Shown here one piece after another: positions 25,413-38,900 of a DNA stretch of 64,000 nt. The notes under the pieces were generated by a model that did not search any database, was not told the origin of the DNA, and saw only the letters and a list, made by a program, of their open reading frames with translations. Within the stretch, counting starts at the first letter, position 1. Each line of letters opens with the position of its first letter. Location: assembly GCA_973851085.1 (NCBI GenBank), contig OZ316776.1, positions 13,640,001-13,704,000 of the forward strand, in the 5' to 3' direction. This stretch comes from Ptychomitrium polyphyllum (lineage: Eukaryota). Made by a program: the position numbers and the translations under genes.

Positions 25413-27201
25413 GATGTGGCATAAATGGCATAAATTGGTTCATCATTTTCCGCACTTATAAATGCCTTAGCTTCAGTAAATGATGGTCCAAGATTTCTCC
25501 TACCTTAACGTCCTTTGCTTGAGACCACACTTTGTGAGCGCTATCCAATGTCTGGATTATGTAATTCAAACCAAGGAAGGCCTTAGACAATAGGATTTGT
25601 TTGGCATTGAATGATGTTGAAGACAATTTTAGATGCCTGATTCTCTAAAACAACCTCCAAGGATTGAGTTTCTTCAATAACATTGCCAGACGTAAGAGAT
25701 TGTCTATCAATAACTTCAACAGGTGCGGGATATTTTTTGTTCACAAGCACCATGTGATGTTTGGTTGCAAAATCCTTGTCTATGAAATATGCCGTTGCAC
25801 CAGTGTCTAATAGAGCCTCACTAACTATTTCATCTTCTAATAATTTAATTTTGATAGAAAATATAAAACAAGAGGTAGGGCTTGAAGGTAGTAAGAGACT
25901 TTGATTTGATGGTCGTTTTCTTGTGGTGTCCAGTCGCATGGTCCCTACTGTGACTGGATAGCCTTGTTTTCCAACTCCACCATTGTGCTTTGAGCCTTAA
26001 AGATAGATCCTTTAATTTGGCAATTGTGCACTTTATGTCTAGACTTGTCACAATACAAACATAGGTTTTTTTTTTGACGCCTTTTTTATTCTCTTGGAGT
26101 CAAACGTCTAAACTGGGCAGCATCAATTTGCATAGGTATTGGTCCTTGTGTTCGGCTTTCTAATATTCTTGAAGAAGTGGTAGCCATGCTTTGATGTACT
26201 GGTCGCCATCCCAAGCGTTGTTCTTGGCGCCTCTCAAATAGTCTATTGCCACATGCTATTGCTTGAGTGATGAATTCGTCTAATATTTCAACTCTTAGCA
26301 TTGTGAATAGCAAGTCCTTCACATTTTCTCTTAAGCCCCATCGAAATCGTGTGACCAAGGCCTTATCATTCCAATCAAGGTCGCAAGCTAGTTGTCAAAA
26401 CTCTGCAGCATATGTAGCAGCTGAGCGTTGTCCTTGTTGTAGACTTTGGATCCTTGTCTCAGCCAACCTCTCCCAATCGGTCTCTCCAAAAGTAGATGTT
26501 AATGCTTCTATGAAAGCATCTAAGTTGTTCAATAATGATGAATGCTTCTCCATTAATGGTGCAAATTACAATAGGGCATTGTTTTGATAAAAAGGTGGCC
26601 ACAAATCCCATTTGAGTTGTGCCATCAAGATAGCGAGATTGATGCAAACTAAAGAAGAGCCTTACTTGTTGAACAAAGCCTCTTAATTTTGATCTTGATC
26701 CATCGAACTTGTCTGGCATGTTAATCTTTGGCTCTGCATGGATTCAACATAAGCCTTTTCTTTTAATATTGGCCTCTTGCAGTCAAACAACTTCTTGATA
26801 TAGGCTTTGAATATCACCATTGGATTCTTCAGCTTGCCAAGTGTGTTGTTCTAAATTGTTGGTGGTGTTAAAGCGGGCGAGTTCCGTTTGAACTGTGTTT
26901 AATAATTCTTGAAGGTCTGTAATAGTTGCAAACCTATTCTCTGATGTTCCAGGCACGTTATCAATTTCTTAAGATTATCAAAGACAAGAAGACTATGAGT
27001 ACCTTCAAAAGAGGATAATCCACGTCCTTTGAAAGAAGTAGTACTTGGTTCTAGAAGGAGAAACCAACTCTATGGTGCCAGCTTAGAGGAGGATAATCCG
27101 CAACCTTTAAGACGCTATGGAATTCTAAAGAAGATGGGTAATCCACAATCTTCTTCAAAGAACCTTAGCTCTGACAAAGATGAAGAGTAGTCTTGCCAAA
27201 C

Positions 27202-27742
27202 TATTAAGGACACAAGAAACAAGAAGCAGAAACGAAGTGTTTCCCAAAGAATTAGCTTCCAAAGAGCTAATGCTTAACAAGAACTTGATACAAAGACTAG
27301 AACAAGGTAGGATTCAAGATGATCCACAACTTGTGTTAGCAAGACTAAGGAATACCTTGTCTTGCCTCCTATTTATACTATGACGTTTGTATCTCCTAGC
27401 ATACTTCTAAAGAAGCTTCCTACAAGGCTTAAGAATGTTTTGGAAGTTTAGGGAACCTTCCTAAGAAGTTTCCTAAGATGTTGGAATCTTCCCAAGAAGC
27501 TTCTAAGGAGTTGGAACCTTCCTTGGAAGTTTCCTAAGGTAGTGGAACCTTCTTAAGAAGTTTCGTAAGGTGGTGGAACTTTGCTAGGAAGTTTTTTAAG
27601 ATGGTGGAATCTTCCTAGGAAGCTTCCTAAGAACATGAAATGGTTATGGAGACATTTAAAAGTATTCTAAGAAGCTATTATAGTATACTAGAAGATTCTA
27701 GAATGTTCTAAGAACTATGTTACATGATCTATGTTTGTGACA
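27202..27742 (-). repeat. Family A 5' LTR
   Basis: Homologous to 18577-19130; followed on - by GTTTGGCAAGACTA, the leader and gag. Confidence 0.9.
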
Positions 27743-28869
27743 GGAGTAAATATCAAGAATTAATATGCATTAGCAACCAAGTGGCTGGTAGAACAGGTCG
27801 AGTGGAGATTTTGTGACAGAGCCACGTAATAGCTATCAAAGGCAAGAGTAGAGAGGGGAACCAAGTGGTGTAGGCAGCTTGAGCTTGTGATAGTTCTGTT
27901 TGAGTCTCAAGTACAAAGATGAGCACAACTCAGCAATGAATTGGCAAGCCGGAATTCTGACAGTAGTAGTTATAAAGACTTTGGGAAAGGGAATAGCAAA
28001 TAGCTAGGCAACTAAGCTGGGATCAGCTTTTAGAACCGGTGTGAAGAACAGAAGTTGGCCAAGGCGTGAGCTGCGAGAAGGACAGCATAGTAGATAGTGC
28101 CAGTGGGCCATACTGGGAACCGCAACAAACGAAGGGACACCAAATCAAAGGCAATCAAGAAACAACACTGAAAATAACAACATGCATGTGCTTGATTCTG
28201 TGAAGACCCATCCTTGCAGAGCTGTGGTAGATTTAAGTTTGGTTGCACACCAAGGTTCCAAATAGCAAGCTATCAACAACAGCTTGGAAGATGACCAACA
28301 GCAGCAACAGCCCGCGTTTAGAAAGCATAACAAGAGCAAAAATTAGCAGGCAAACTTAGCTGGAGTGCCCAAATTTAGGTGGACCCTGCCACTGGCAATC
28401 TGCCACAAAGCGAAACCTCGTTGGAAAATACAACCAAATTGGACTATAATGCAATTAAATTTTTGTTAAGTATTATTAATAGAGTGTATAAATTAGTAAG
28501 TCTTCTGATTAGTGGGAACTTATTTTAGTTCACGTTTTGTGACCACTACTCATAGTAATTACTAGCTACTTAGTTATATAAGATAAATGAAACTAAACAT
28601 CTCTAATTAGGCTACAACAAATATCAAATATTAAACTTGCTCACTAAAAGTTAAATAAGCTAGAAATTCATTGTAAATACTACAAAATGCTTAACACATC
28701 TCAATGCAAAAAAAATAATGTGAGCTTGGAATTTTTTCAATTAGTGAGACCATATTTTAGTTCACAATGTCTTTGCATGGACTTACACAAATTTAATAAG
28801 GATACCAGCCCATATTGCCCAACATTGTATTGACTTTAACACTACCATTTCTCTCTCTCACCAAGTTTG

Positions 28870-29206
28870 ATACCAAATAAATTTCAACTATGTTAAGGCC
28901 ATAAAAAACAACCTAGATTGCTTCATAACAACAAGTTTTATTTCTCCAATAGCTAAAACTTCCTGGCTTCCATTGTCATTGTCTCCAAGAAAAATGAAAA
29001 ACTATGCATTTACGTCAATTTTTGCCGACTCAATGCCGCCACAAAAAAAGACCTTTGTCCCTTGCCATTTATCAATAATGTTTTAGATACAATAGCTGGG
29101 CATGCAATGTACTCATTTTTTGATGGCTTTTCAAGATATAATTAGAATAAAATCCACCTGGTTGACCACTACAAAATCGTGTATATCACTAAAAGAGGAG
29201 CGTTTG
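28870..29206 (+). mobile_element. Old non-chromoviral Gypsy pol remnant, RT N-terminal half
   Basis: Reads PIVIVSKKNEKLCIYVNFCRLNAATKKDLCPLPFINNVLDTIAGHAMYSFFDGFSRY...ITKRGAFV and is cut by the family B LTR. Confidence 0.8.
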
Positions 29207-32200
29207 TGTTGCGCACCTCTCCTTGAGGAGTGCCCGCAACACTAAGGGCACAAGGGGGACCGCGAAGTGACGTCCGGGACTTGTGGCGCCGATAGTGAGG
29301 GAAACCGAGTGGGCCTAGCGTGGGAAGGACCCCTAAGGGGGAGAAACATCCTTGCCCATGTAGACCAAGGGCCATGAGGGATACATGGCTGGCATTGGAA
29401 GAATCACGAAGAGCTGATTCTAGAATGCTAAAGATTGTCTAAATCGGACAAGGGAGCTAAAAGTTATGGCATTCCAAAGTTGGGGTTGCCAAGGGGCTGT
29501 TTTGGAGTGTGGCAGCCCCACACAGTGACTGGACCGGAGTGGGACAGTCCAGGGAGGGACTCCCCGGGAGTTCCGAACCTTGGGAGAGGCGTATCTCCCA
29601 TAATACTAACTCAAATCGGACGTTTGAGGAGTCTATCGGCATCTACGCAAAGAGTAGATGACGATAGAGTGGTTGCTTGATACATTCGGGCACCGGATGA
29701 GGAAGGTATGGCTCCCTGAAGGTCTGCTGGGAGTCCCGGAGGCTTCCAGCGGCTAAGTCCCAAGGAAGATCGGGTGGTCTTCCAAAACTCTAGGTGTGTC
29801 GGGGTTCAGCCAGCTACAGAGGGCCAGGGGGCCTGCCAAATCCCACAGAGAGTACTATAAGGGAGGATTGGTCCCCCTCCCCACTCCCCTAGTGTCCCGG
29901 TAGAGACCAAGGGTGAGTCCCGGTTGGTGGAGCTAGTGTTGGGGCTTCACCACGGGGACTCCCACACCATTGTGAGCCGGTGGACGGCTGGTTTCACGAA
30001 GGGAACTAGCACGTTCAAAAGGGTACGCTTGTTACCACTAAGTTGGGGTGGTGTCTTCACACCGGCACCATGATGGCCCGGGGTGATCTTAGGATCACAT
30101 GGGCATCATGAGTGGAGGTGAGGAGACACCACTAAGTGCGGTTAGGCCGTGTGGAATGGAAGTAACACCAAAGAGGCCTTGGACATGAATGGAAGTCCGC
30201 ACCTAACCATTGGCTACTAATAAATTGGGTGTCTAAAGAGAAATAATAGAGAGTCTTGGAAAGTAAAAATGGGGGTTAACCATGTGCATGTAGAGGTGTA
30301 CAGGGTTGACGTGCGTAACGCTAGCTAAGTTGCATTACAAAGGTTGCGACATTTGGTATCAGAGGAGGCTTTGAGTATCTAAGTGCTACGTTGCAAGGAG
30401 GCTATAGGTACGAAGAAGGCCGGTGATTTCGGTGAGCCGGCTCCTCTAAACGAGTACGCACGAGGCTGAACAAAGATCCCAATCCGATTAATGAGGTTCC
30501 ATCTTTTGATTCCAATGAACAAGGAAATGACATTGGAGTCACGGAGGAAGTTGAGGAAACTCAACAAGATGAAGCGTTAGAGGGTGGAGAGTATTCAGGA
30601 GCTGGACTTCCTGAGCCACTTGTGGGCCTAGAAAGTCAGGACCCTGACTTGAGTATTCGCATGAAAATGCTAGAGTTCATGGACGGTATGAACTAAGAAC
30701 TCAAGCGTGGCAAAGAAGAAAGGATCCATCAAGAGAGGTGGATTGAGTACTTGATGGCACAAGGTTGCAGGTCCTCATCTTCGACCAAGACGTTGGCCAA
30801 GGTGAACATGCCAAGCACTTTTTCTGGGCTAGGTAAAGCGAGGAAGGTGAAGGAGTTCTTTTGGAAATGGACAACTATTATGATGTTCAAAAGCCGGAGG
30901 AGGTGGACAAAGTTTCAATTGCGGTGACCTTTTTGAAAGACCATGCTCTTCAATGGTGGACAAGTAAAAAGGAACAAGAGCCGGAGTTGGTGGCGACTTT
31001 GTCTTGGGTCAATTTTAAAGAGATTTTGAGTGAATGCTTCACTTCGGAATACCAAGAGTTGAGGGAGGGCATGAACTTGATGCAAATGAGGCACACCAGA
31101 TTGCTCAAGACTTATGTGCAAGATTTCAATGCCCAAATGAATGCCACATTCAAAATGGATGAGTTTTCAAAGAAATGCATCTATTTGGGTGGGCTTCAAA
31201 AGTAGGTGGCGCCTTGTTCAAATTTCCAAAGCTTCCAAAGGACGTGGCGGGAATCATTAAGATTGTGGATAGAAATGAAGCTGACGGTCCCGAAAGAAAA
31301 TCAAGTGGTCCCTCTTAACAAAGTGGATTGAGCCGAAACGTACCTCGCGGCGGAGAACGCAAGAAATTCGGCTTTGGAAACAAATACAAGGGACAAGTAG
31401 ATGGAAGGGCCTACAACAAAGTGGACCATCATGAGAGAAAACCATTCAAATCGGGAGATAAGAGTGCTGAGGTGAAGCACAAGCGTTGCCACGGGTGTGG
31501 TAAGATTGGCCACTTCATTGCGGAGTGCCCCAATAAAAAAGTGAGTATCAAAGCTTGTCACACTTGTGTTGTGGATCACATTTTAGAAGGTGGATTTATG
31601 GCCAAGGCTACTAGCCTTAAGCCAAGGTTGAGTCTCTTATACCTTGAGGCCCAAATAAATGGCAAAAATGTCTCATGTTTGATTAACACAGGGGCAACGC
31701 ATTCCTTCATGAGTCCCAAGCTAGCAAGGGTGTTGGGCTTGTCAGCTCAAAAAGCTAGCAAGCCCATCAACGTGCGATTTGCAAAAGGCAAACCATACAA
31801 GACGAAGGAGGTGGTGTTGGATGTGGCCTTAAGCAGTGGAACATTGGAGTTGAAGGAAAGTTTTACACTATGTGAGATGGATGAGGTAGACCTCATTTTA
31901 AGTGATACCATTTTCAAAACTCATGTGGTGGATGTGAAGCAAAAGCCAACACGGTTAGTAGTGTGCCGTGGTGGGAAGGAGGCAATATTGAAGTTGACTC
32001 GGACTCCTATGGTTGCGGGAGGCAAGTTGAATTTAGTCTCCTTAGAACAATTAGTGAATAACCAATTTGTGGTTATGATGCGAATGGAGCAAGAAGAGGG
32101 GAATAGGCCAAGTGCCAAGGAGATTAGGACTATTTCCAAGTGCATTCAAAATGTACTAAGTGGTTACAAGGATGTGCTCACCAATGAGCTGCTCAAAGAG

Positions 32201-34336
32201 TTACCGCCAAGAAGCAAAGTGGATCACAAAATTGAAGTGATACCGGGAACGGAGCCCCCTTCAAAGGCTCTATACCGGTTGAATCTAAAACAGCTAAAAG
32301 AGTTGAAGAAGCATTTGAATGACTTATTGGAAAGAGGCTATGTTAGGCCAAGTAAGTCACCATATGGAGCACCGGTCCTCTTTGTGGACAAAAAGGATGG
32401 CAAGCTCCGCATGTGTGTCGACTATAGAGCCTTGAATAAAGCCACCATCAAGAACAACTATCCTTTGCCTCCGATCGATGACCTCTTTGATAGATTGGCG
32501 GGAGCTAAATACATTAGTCGGATAGACTTGAAATTGGGCTACTATCAAATCCGCATTGCGGATGAAGACGTGCCAAAGACCGCATGCCGCACTAGGTATG
32601 GGTCCTATGAATTTTTGGTGATGCCATTCGGGTTGTGTAATGCTCCTTCGACGTTTACGACCCTCATGAATACCATCTTTCGAGAAAAGATGGATGACTT
32701 TGTCATTGTCTACATTGATGACATCTTGGTGTACTCCAAGTCGGTGGAAGAACATGCAAGGCACCTCAAAGTGGTGCTTCAAAAACTTAGGGACCACAAG
32801 CTTTATGCCAACGGAGAGAAGAGTGAGTTTGCTCAACTTGAGATTGAGTTCTTGGGCCACATAGTGTTGGATGATGGAATCAAGCCGGATATAAGGAAGA
32901 TAAAGGCAATTAGAGAGTGGAAACAACCTTCTACACAAAAGGGGCTGAGATCAATTCTCGGCCTAGCAAATTATTATAGGAGGTTCATACGCAACTTCTC
33001 CAAAATTTCTAGACCTTTGTCCGACTTGTTGAAGAAAGGAGCTAGCCAAGTATGGGATGGATTTTGTCACCAAGCTTTTCAAGAACTCAAGGATAAGTTG
33101 TCACAACCGCCGGTATCGAAGTTTTCCGAGTTTGAAAAGCCGTTTGAGGTCCACACGGATGCAAGTGACTTTGCCATTGGCGGAGTGCTCATGCAAGAAC
33201 GCATGCCAATTGCCTATGAGAGCAAGAAGTTGGATGGGTGCCAAAAGAGGTAGCCCATGCATGAGAGAGAACTCTTTGCCGTAGTGCATTGTTTGAAAAC
33301 ATGGCGGCACTACTTGGGCCTACATAAAACCAAAGTCTACACAGACAACGTGTCATTGAAGTACTTTGAGTCGCAAGCACAAATGAGTGCAAAACAATTG
33401 AGGTGGCACGACACCTTGGCATTCATGAATGTGACTTTGATCCACAAGCCGGGACGTGACAATGTAATGCCGGATAATCTAAGTAGGCGGGAGGAGTTGC
33501 AAGCAATGGGTACAACCCAAGTCTTGCAAGTAATGTACAAGAGAGAAGGCAATTTGGAAAGGAAGATAAGAGAGGGGTACATGAAGGACTTCGAAGCACA
33601 AAGGCTTCTTGGCGAGCTTAAGAAGGGTAAGAAACTTAAGGAAATTAAGTTGGAGAAGGGATTGCTCAAGTACAAACAAAGTCGGGTGTATGTGCCTCAA
33701 GGAAAATTACGGTTGTTGGTTTTGAAAGAAGAACATGATAGTCCCGTAGCCGGCCATAGAGGGAGAAAAACCACCATAGCGGCGGTGTCAAGAAGGTACT
33801 ATTAGCCGGGCATGAAAGCGGACATTACCGACTTTGTGAAAACTTGTGTGAAGTGCCAACTCAATAGAGCTCCTTACCAAAAGTAAGCCGGTCTACTACA
33901 ACCTTTGCCAATTCCGCTGGGTCCATGGCACAGCGTGTCCATGGACTTCATCACAAGTCTTCCGGAATCGCAATGACATGATGCCACCTTTGTGATGGTA
34001 GATCGCTTTAGCAAGCTGGCGCACATGGTGCCAACTAGAGGAACCGTAACTGCACATGAAACCACAAAGCTATTCCTCGATGCATGGTGGAAACATCACG
34101 GGTTGCCGAGAGTGATTATGTCAGACGAAGATCCAAAATTCACTAGTGCTTTTTGGATACATTTCTTTAGGAAAGCCGGAACCAAATTGACATTTAGCAT
34201 TGCCTTCCATCCTTAAAGGGATGGGCAAATGGAACGAGCAAATGGAGTCTTGAACCAATATTTGAGGAACTTTGTGAGTGCGGACCAGTGCGATTGGGCG
34301 GATTATATGAGCTTAGCGGAGTTCAGTTACAATGCG
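29207..34336 (+). mobile_element. Family B Ty3/gypsy chromovirus, 3'-truncated in integrase
   Basis: LTR 29207-30351 (TGTTGCG...TGCGACA); tRNA-iMet PBS TGGTATCAGAG at 30354-30364; gag fragments. ORF 31328-33253 has a CCHC knuckle, protease LINTGA (catalytic D>N), RT YIDD and RNase H TDAS. Integrase has stops. Confidence 0.93.
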
Positions 34337-35820
34337 AGATCAATTGAGCCTTTAAGGACTATCTCGGCGACTCTATGAAATTATTTGTGGGCAACTTCAA
34401 CGTGTATAGCAATATTAACTCCTACCTTGCTAAGTTTTGCTTGTGCTTCTTCTAGTGTTGCAAATTTGGCATTAGCCTCAATCCTAAAAAATGCCTTTTT
34501 TTTCCTATTCAGTAGCTATTCTTGGTTAAGTCATCTCCAAATCCAATAAATTTCTTAATTCCGCCAAATATAGAATTTAGTTTATATGCCTTTACCTTGC
34601 AATATCAAAGAATTTTAGGTTTTTAGCAGCCTTGCCCAATTTAAAAGATGTTTTATTTGCAATTATGCCACCATCATGTCCTTGATCACCAAACTCACAA
34701 GGAAAAACAAGTCCTTCCACTGAACTACTAACTGTATTACTATGTACTCATAAATCAAAGCCCTATACCTCTCTGCACCAATCCTCATACTTGCCAACTA
34801 AAAACTAAAGTTTTACATTCATACCAATGCTTTGGACTTTGCACTTGGTGCCATACTTACACAAAGCCCTACCAGTCACGTTGACCAATCCATTGCTTAT
34901 ACATCATGTCTCTTTAATAAAGCTAAGAAGACTTATACCACTATCAAACAAGACGCATTGGCAATGGTCTATGCCATGAACAAATTTTGGCATTAGCTAT
35001 TGGCCAACAAGTTTGTTTTCTTTATTGATTACATGGCCTTCATGTACTTGGTCAACAAAACTTAGCTATCTACTCACATCGCTTTTTGGCTCTTATTATT
35101 TATAGAATTTGATTTTATCATGGTTTATAAATCCAATAAAATCCAAGGTATTATGGATGCCTTAACATATTACACTGCTAGTAGCCCACCCACTTCCATT
35201 ACCAATAATTTTGTCAACACATTGATATTTTTAATAGAGCTTGAGAGGTTATCTACCATTGCCAAATATCTTTGCATTATTAATTTTCTCCTTGACTCTA
35301 CATTTAAACGCTACAAATGTTTAGCTTTCAAGGCTATTCCATCCAAGCTTATTGATAATATCCTCTATTAACAAGGCAAAGATTTCATTCTTTGGCGCTG
35401 CATATATACTACTAAGATTTTGCAAATCCTTACCAAACTTCATAATGGAGCTTGTAGTAGACACCTTTTAGTAAACATCACTATTCAAAAAATCCGCAAT
35501 TCCAATTATTGGTGGCCAATACTTTACAAAGATACTTTCAACTACTCTCACACTTGTCCTACTTGTCATTCTATTGGAAACTTTAGGAAATTAGTCACCA
35601 CCAAATAAGTTACATTTTTATTGGCCAAATCTTTTATTGAATGGGGCTTGGATTTCATTGGCCTTCTTCCTTGTATCCAGCACTATGGTCATTGGTACAT
35701 AATACTTGCTACCAATTACACTACCAAATGGATCAAAGGCATTGCATTGAGAGACAACACCGCCTTAGAAACCGCACGATTCCTCTATGAACACATCATC
35801 ACTTGCTTTAATTGCCCCTT
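34337..35820 (+). mobile_element. Continuation of the old non-chromoviral Gypsy pol (RT C-terminal half, RNase H, integrase)
   Basis: AFKDYLGDSMKLFV, FHIHTNALDFALGAIL, YWWPILYKD...CPTC and FIEWGLDFIG...ATNYTTKW. Confidence 0.82.
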
Positions 35821-35925
35821 CATAAGGATAAGGAGTAAAATTAGAAATGGACATTGAAGAAAAAAGTGGAAAATTACGTAGAAATGGAGGAGCACTGTGG
35901 GTCAAGGCAATTGGAGTTGACGCGT

Positions 35926-38900
35926 GAGGTGGTGAAATTTTCTAGCAAATTTCTTAAGAACATGGAAACGGCTATAAAGACATTTGAAAGTATTCTAAGA
36001 AGCTACTATAATATATTAGAAGGTTCTAAAAGGTTTCAAAGACTATATTACATGATCTATGTCCAAAACATCACCTCTTCATTTAGCAAAAAGTCTCATG
36101 AGGAGCTTTTCTTATGGCTTGCTTGTTACATCTCCACAAATTCCAAAATTGGTCAAAGAAGGGAAGCAACATATTTTGCTTGGTATTCTTTGTCCATTGC
36201 TTCAACTAGTTCTTATGAAAAGCAGCAATGACCATCAGCCAAGACTTTTGTTTATTGAAATGTCCCAGCCTAAGATTTGATCTTGATTAAGTCTTTCAAA
36301 ACATCCTCCACACAAGATTTTGGATCTTCTACAAGTGACTCTTTCAACTTCTAATAAGATGATTAAAGCGCAAGCATATGAATCAAGACTATAGTGTAAA
36401 AGATGACAGGCTAATAATTTAACATGAGGATGTACAACATGTTAGAATGTCTCTCTTATATCTTGGCTTTGATTCACCATTCTAGAAAGCTGAGAAAGTT
36501 GAGTTGGCTCAACAGATGCTGTTGTTGAAGAAGGCACGGCCAATTGTTCTTCACGCATATCCATGATAACACAAAGATTTGACATACTAGTTAGGATCTG
36601 AAGATGATCTATCTTATAAATAATGTTGCATTCAATTGGAGTTTTGAATATCTTTCTTCCCTTCTTATACTTGTCTAAGGAAAAATTCCTCTATGAAGAT
36701 AATGGCTATTAATAACACGTCACTAACTTGATTCCAAGGATATCTTTGATGAAATTCAAGTATCTTGTCAGATGCATTTGTTACGTTCATCAAAGGTTCC
36801 CATGTTTGTTCATAGATGCCATCTCTTTGTTAATATATAAGGTACTCCACACGTCCATTTTTGATATGTGAATCTAAGATTTCTTTGACTTCATATTCCA
36901 TTTCATTATTGATTTCTACCAGAAGAGGCAGAAAAACAACCTTTTCTTGTATACATGACTTGTTGTAGGTTTCCAACAACAATACATGGTACATCAAATG
37001 AATTTGTATGGTTGATGGTAAATTGAGGCCATAATTAACCGAATTTATCTATTTTCTGATTTAAAACGGTCCTAGCCTTTGATAATCTAGCTTCTTTCAC
37101 GGTCGTTTTGTTTGTATGTATTATTGTAGGAGCCATATGCTATTTCCAACCTCAAACTTTAGATGGTCCTTCCGATGACAATTTCCATAAGTTTTGTAAC
37201 AATCTTGAAATTGTTGTAACTTGAAAGTAAGTTCTTGGTGGATTTTAACAAATTGAATTGTAAAATCCTCTGCTATAAGACTTCCAATATGCTTGACTTG
37301 AAATGGGAGTGTTTGAAAATGATGGCCATAGTTTACAAAGTATGAACTTTGAGTTGTGGATTATGCATTCTATTATTGTAAACTAATTGTGCCAAAGGTA
37401 AGAGGTCCATCCAGTTATCTTTGTGGTAGTTTATGCTACAACAAAGGTAATACTTCAATATCTAATTTACACGTTTGGTTTGACCATCAGTCTGTAGATG
37501 GTATGCTGAAGAAGGTTGATCTTTATGTGCAACAGCTAGAAGAAAGCCCTCTAAAAGTTGGAAATGAATTGTAGCATTTGATTGGATATAATATCATTTG
37601 GTAGTCTATGTATGCGGCAGATGTGATTTAAGAATAATTTGACAGTTTCTTGTCCCATTACTGTCTTTTTGCATGGAATGTAATGTGCCATCCTAGTAAA
37701 CCAATTTACTACTACCAAATAAATTCCTTAAAATTGGAAATTGGAAAGTCCGTGATAAAATCCATTGATAATGACAACTATGGGACTTTTTACACTAGAA
37801 GTAGATGGAAGAGACCATGAAGTTAGTAATTTGGTACCTTGGCCCTTGCACAAGTGTTAAATAATCGAACAAAGTCCTTCACATATTTCCACATTTGCGG
37901 CCATCAATAATCTATAGCAATCAACTCCATTGTTTTATTTAATCCAAAATGCCGTGCTGCTAGAAAATCATGACGTGCTTGAAAAATCTTCAATTACAAA
38001 GAGCCTAGACGTAGCTACATAAGTCTTCTAAAATAAAGTATGCCCTCTTGGAATTTAAAGTCTTCATTGCTATTTGAAGGATTTCCATTATTTTTGAAGC
38101 ACTTCCTCATGTTTGAAATAAAGACATTATTCTTCAATGTCCTCTACTTTTTGTCAAGATGGGCTGTTGTTGTTATAATTGCTGCTTTCAATTGAAGATT
38201 TTGTGGTTTTAATAAAATAATATATTACTGATATAAAACATCATCTCCTGGTTGAGGAGCTGAATAAGATCTTGGAAAAAAAGCATTTGATTTACCTTGT
38301 AGGCTACAAAGTTAATAGATAATGATAAAGTCAAATCTGGCAAGTGATATAATATACCTTCCTCGAAGGCAATTTAGAATGCACGCACTCATGAAGTATT
38401 GTAAGTTCCAATGGTACGTATATATCATGAAAGTATGTTAAACTCCTTCCAGTAAGTGCTACCATTTCTCAAATGCATTCACAATCGCAAATAACTCCTT
38501 GTCATGTACATCATAATTTACCTCTATCGTTGACGACTTCCTTGAACAAAAAGCAATAGAATGAAGTCTCCCATCTTCATTACATTATGAAAATACTAAG
38601 CCATGCACAAAATTTGAGGCATTTGCTTCCAAATAGAAAGGCTTTGATGGATTTTGGATGAAAAAAGATTGGAGCCGATATGAATGACTTCTTAAAACCT
38701 TGAATTGCTACTTCTGGTTTTTTATTCCAAGTAAATTTTTTCTTCCAAATAAATTGTGTCAATAGTGCCGCATTCTTAGAACAATCCTAGATAAGTATCT
38801 TCTAGAAGTTTGCAAATTCCAAGAAGCATTGAACATCTCGAATTGATCTTGACGTATTCCACTCCATGATAGTGCTTATTTTCTTCTCATCCATATGGAT

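Larger units (their letters stand above)
18577..27742 (-). mobile_element. Family A Ty3/gypsy chromovirus (Tcn1/Tf1-like), decayed, carrying two nested solo LTRs
   Basis: LTRs at 18577-19130 and 27202-27742; PPT AAATGGGGAGGTGA at 19131-19144. Gag MPDKFDGSRSKLRGF, protease [18 protein letters not shown] and YLDDIL, RNase H EADAS and DKELLAI, integrase LSMDFITDLP, chromodomain EYEVEKILD at ~19840-19990. Many stops. Flanks GATAG and GGAGT do not form a TSD. Confidence 0.9.
20826..34336 (+). repeat. Left arm of large inverted duplication
   Basis: Paired ORF coordinates sum to 84826 throughout (e.g. 20852+63974, 31328+53498). Confidence 0.97.

Noticed and set aside
29435..29680. Recurrent 81-aa ORF (also 48819 and 55146)
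   Set aside because: It lies within the LTR with a non-ATG start, recurs only because LTRs are copies, and is not reported as open in the older solo LTR.
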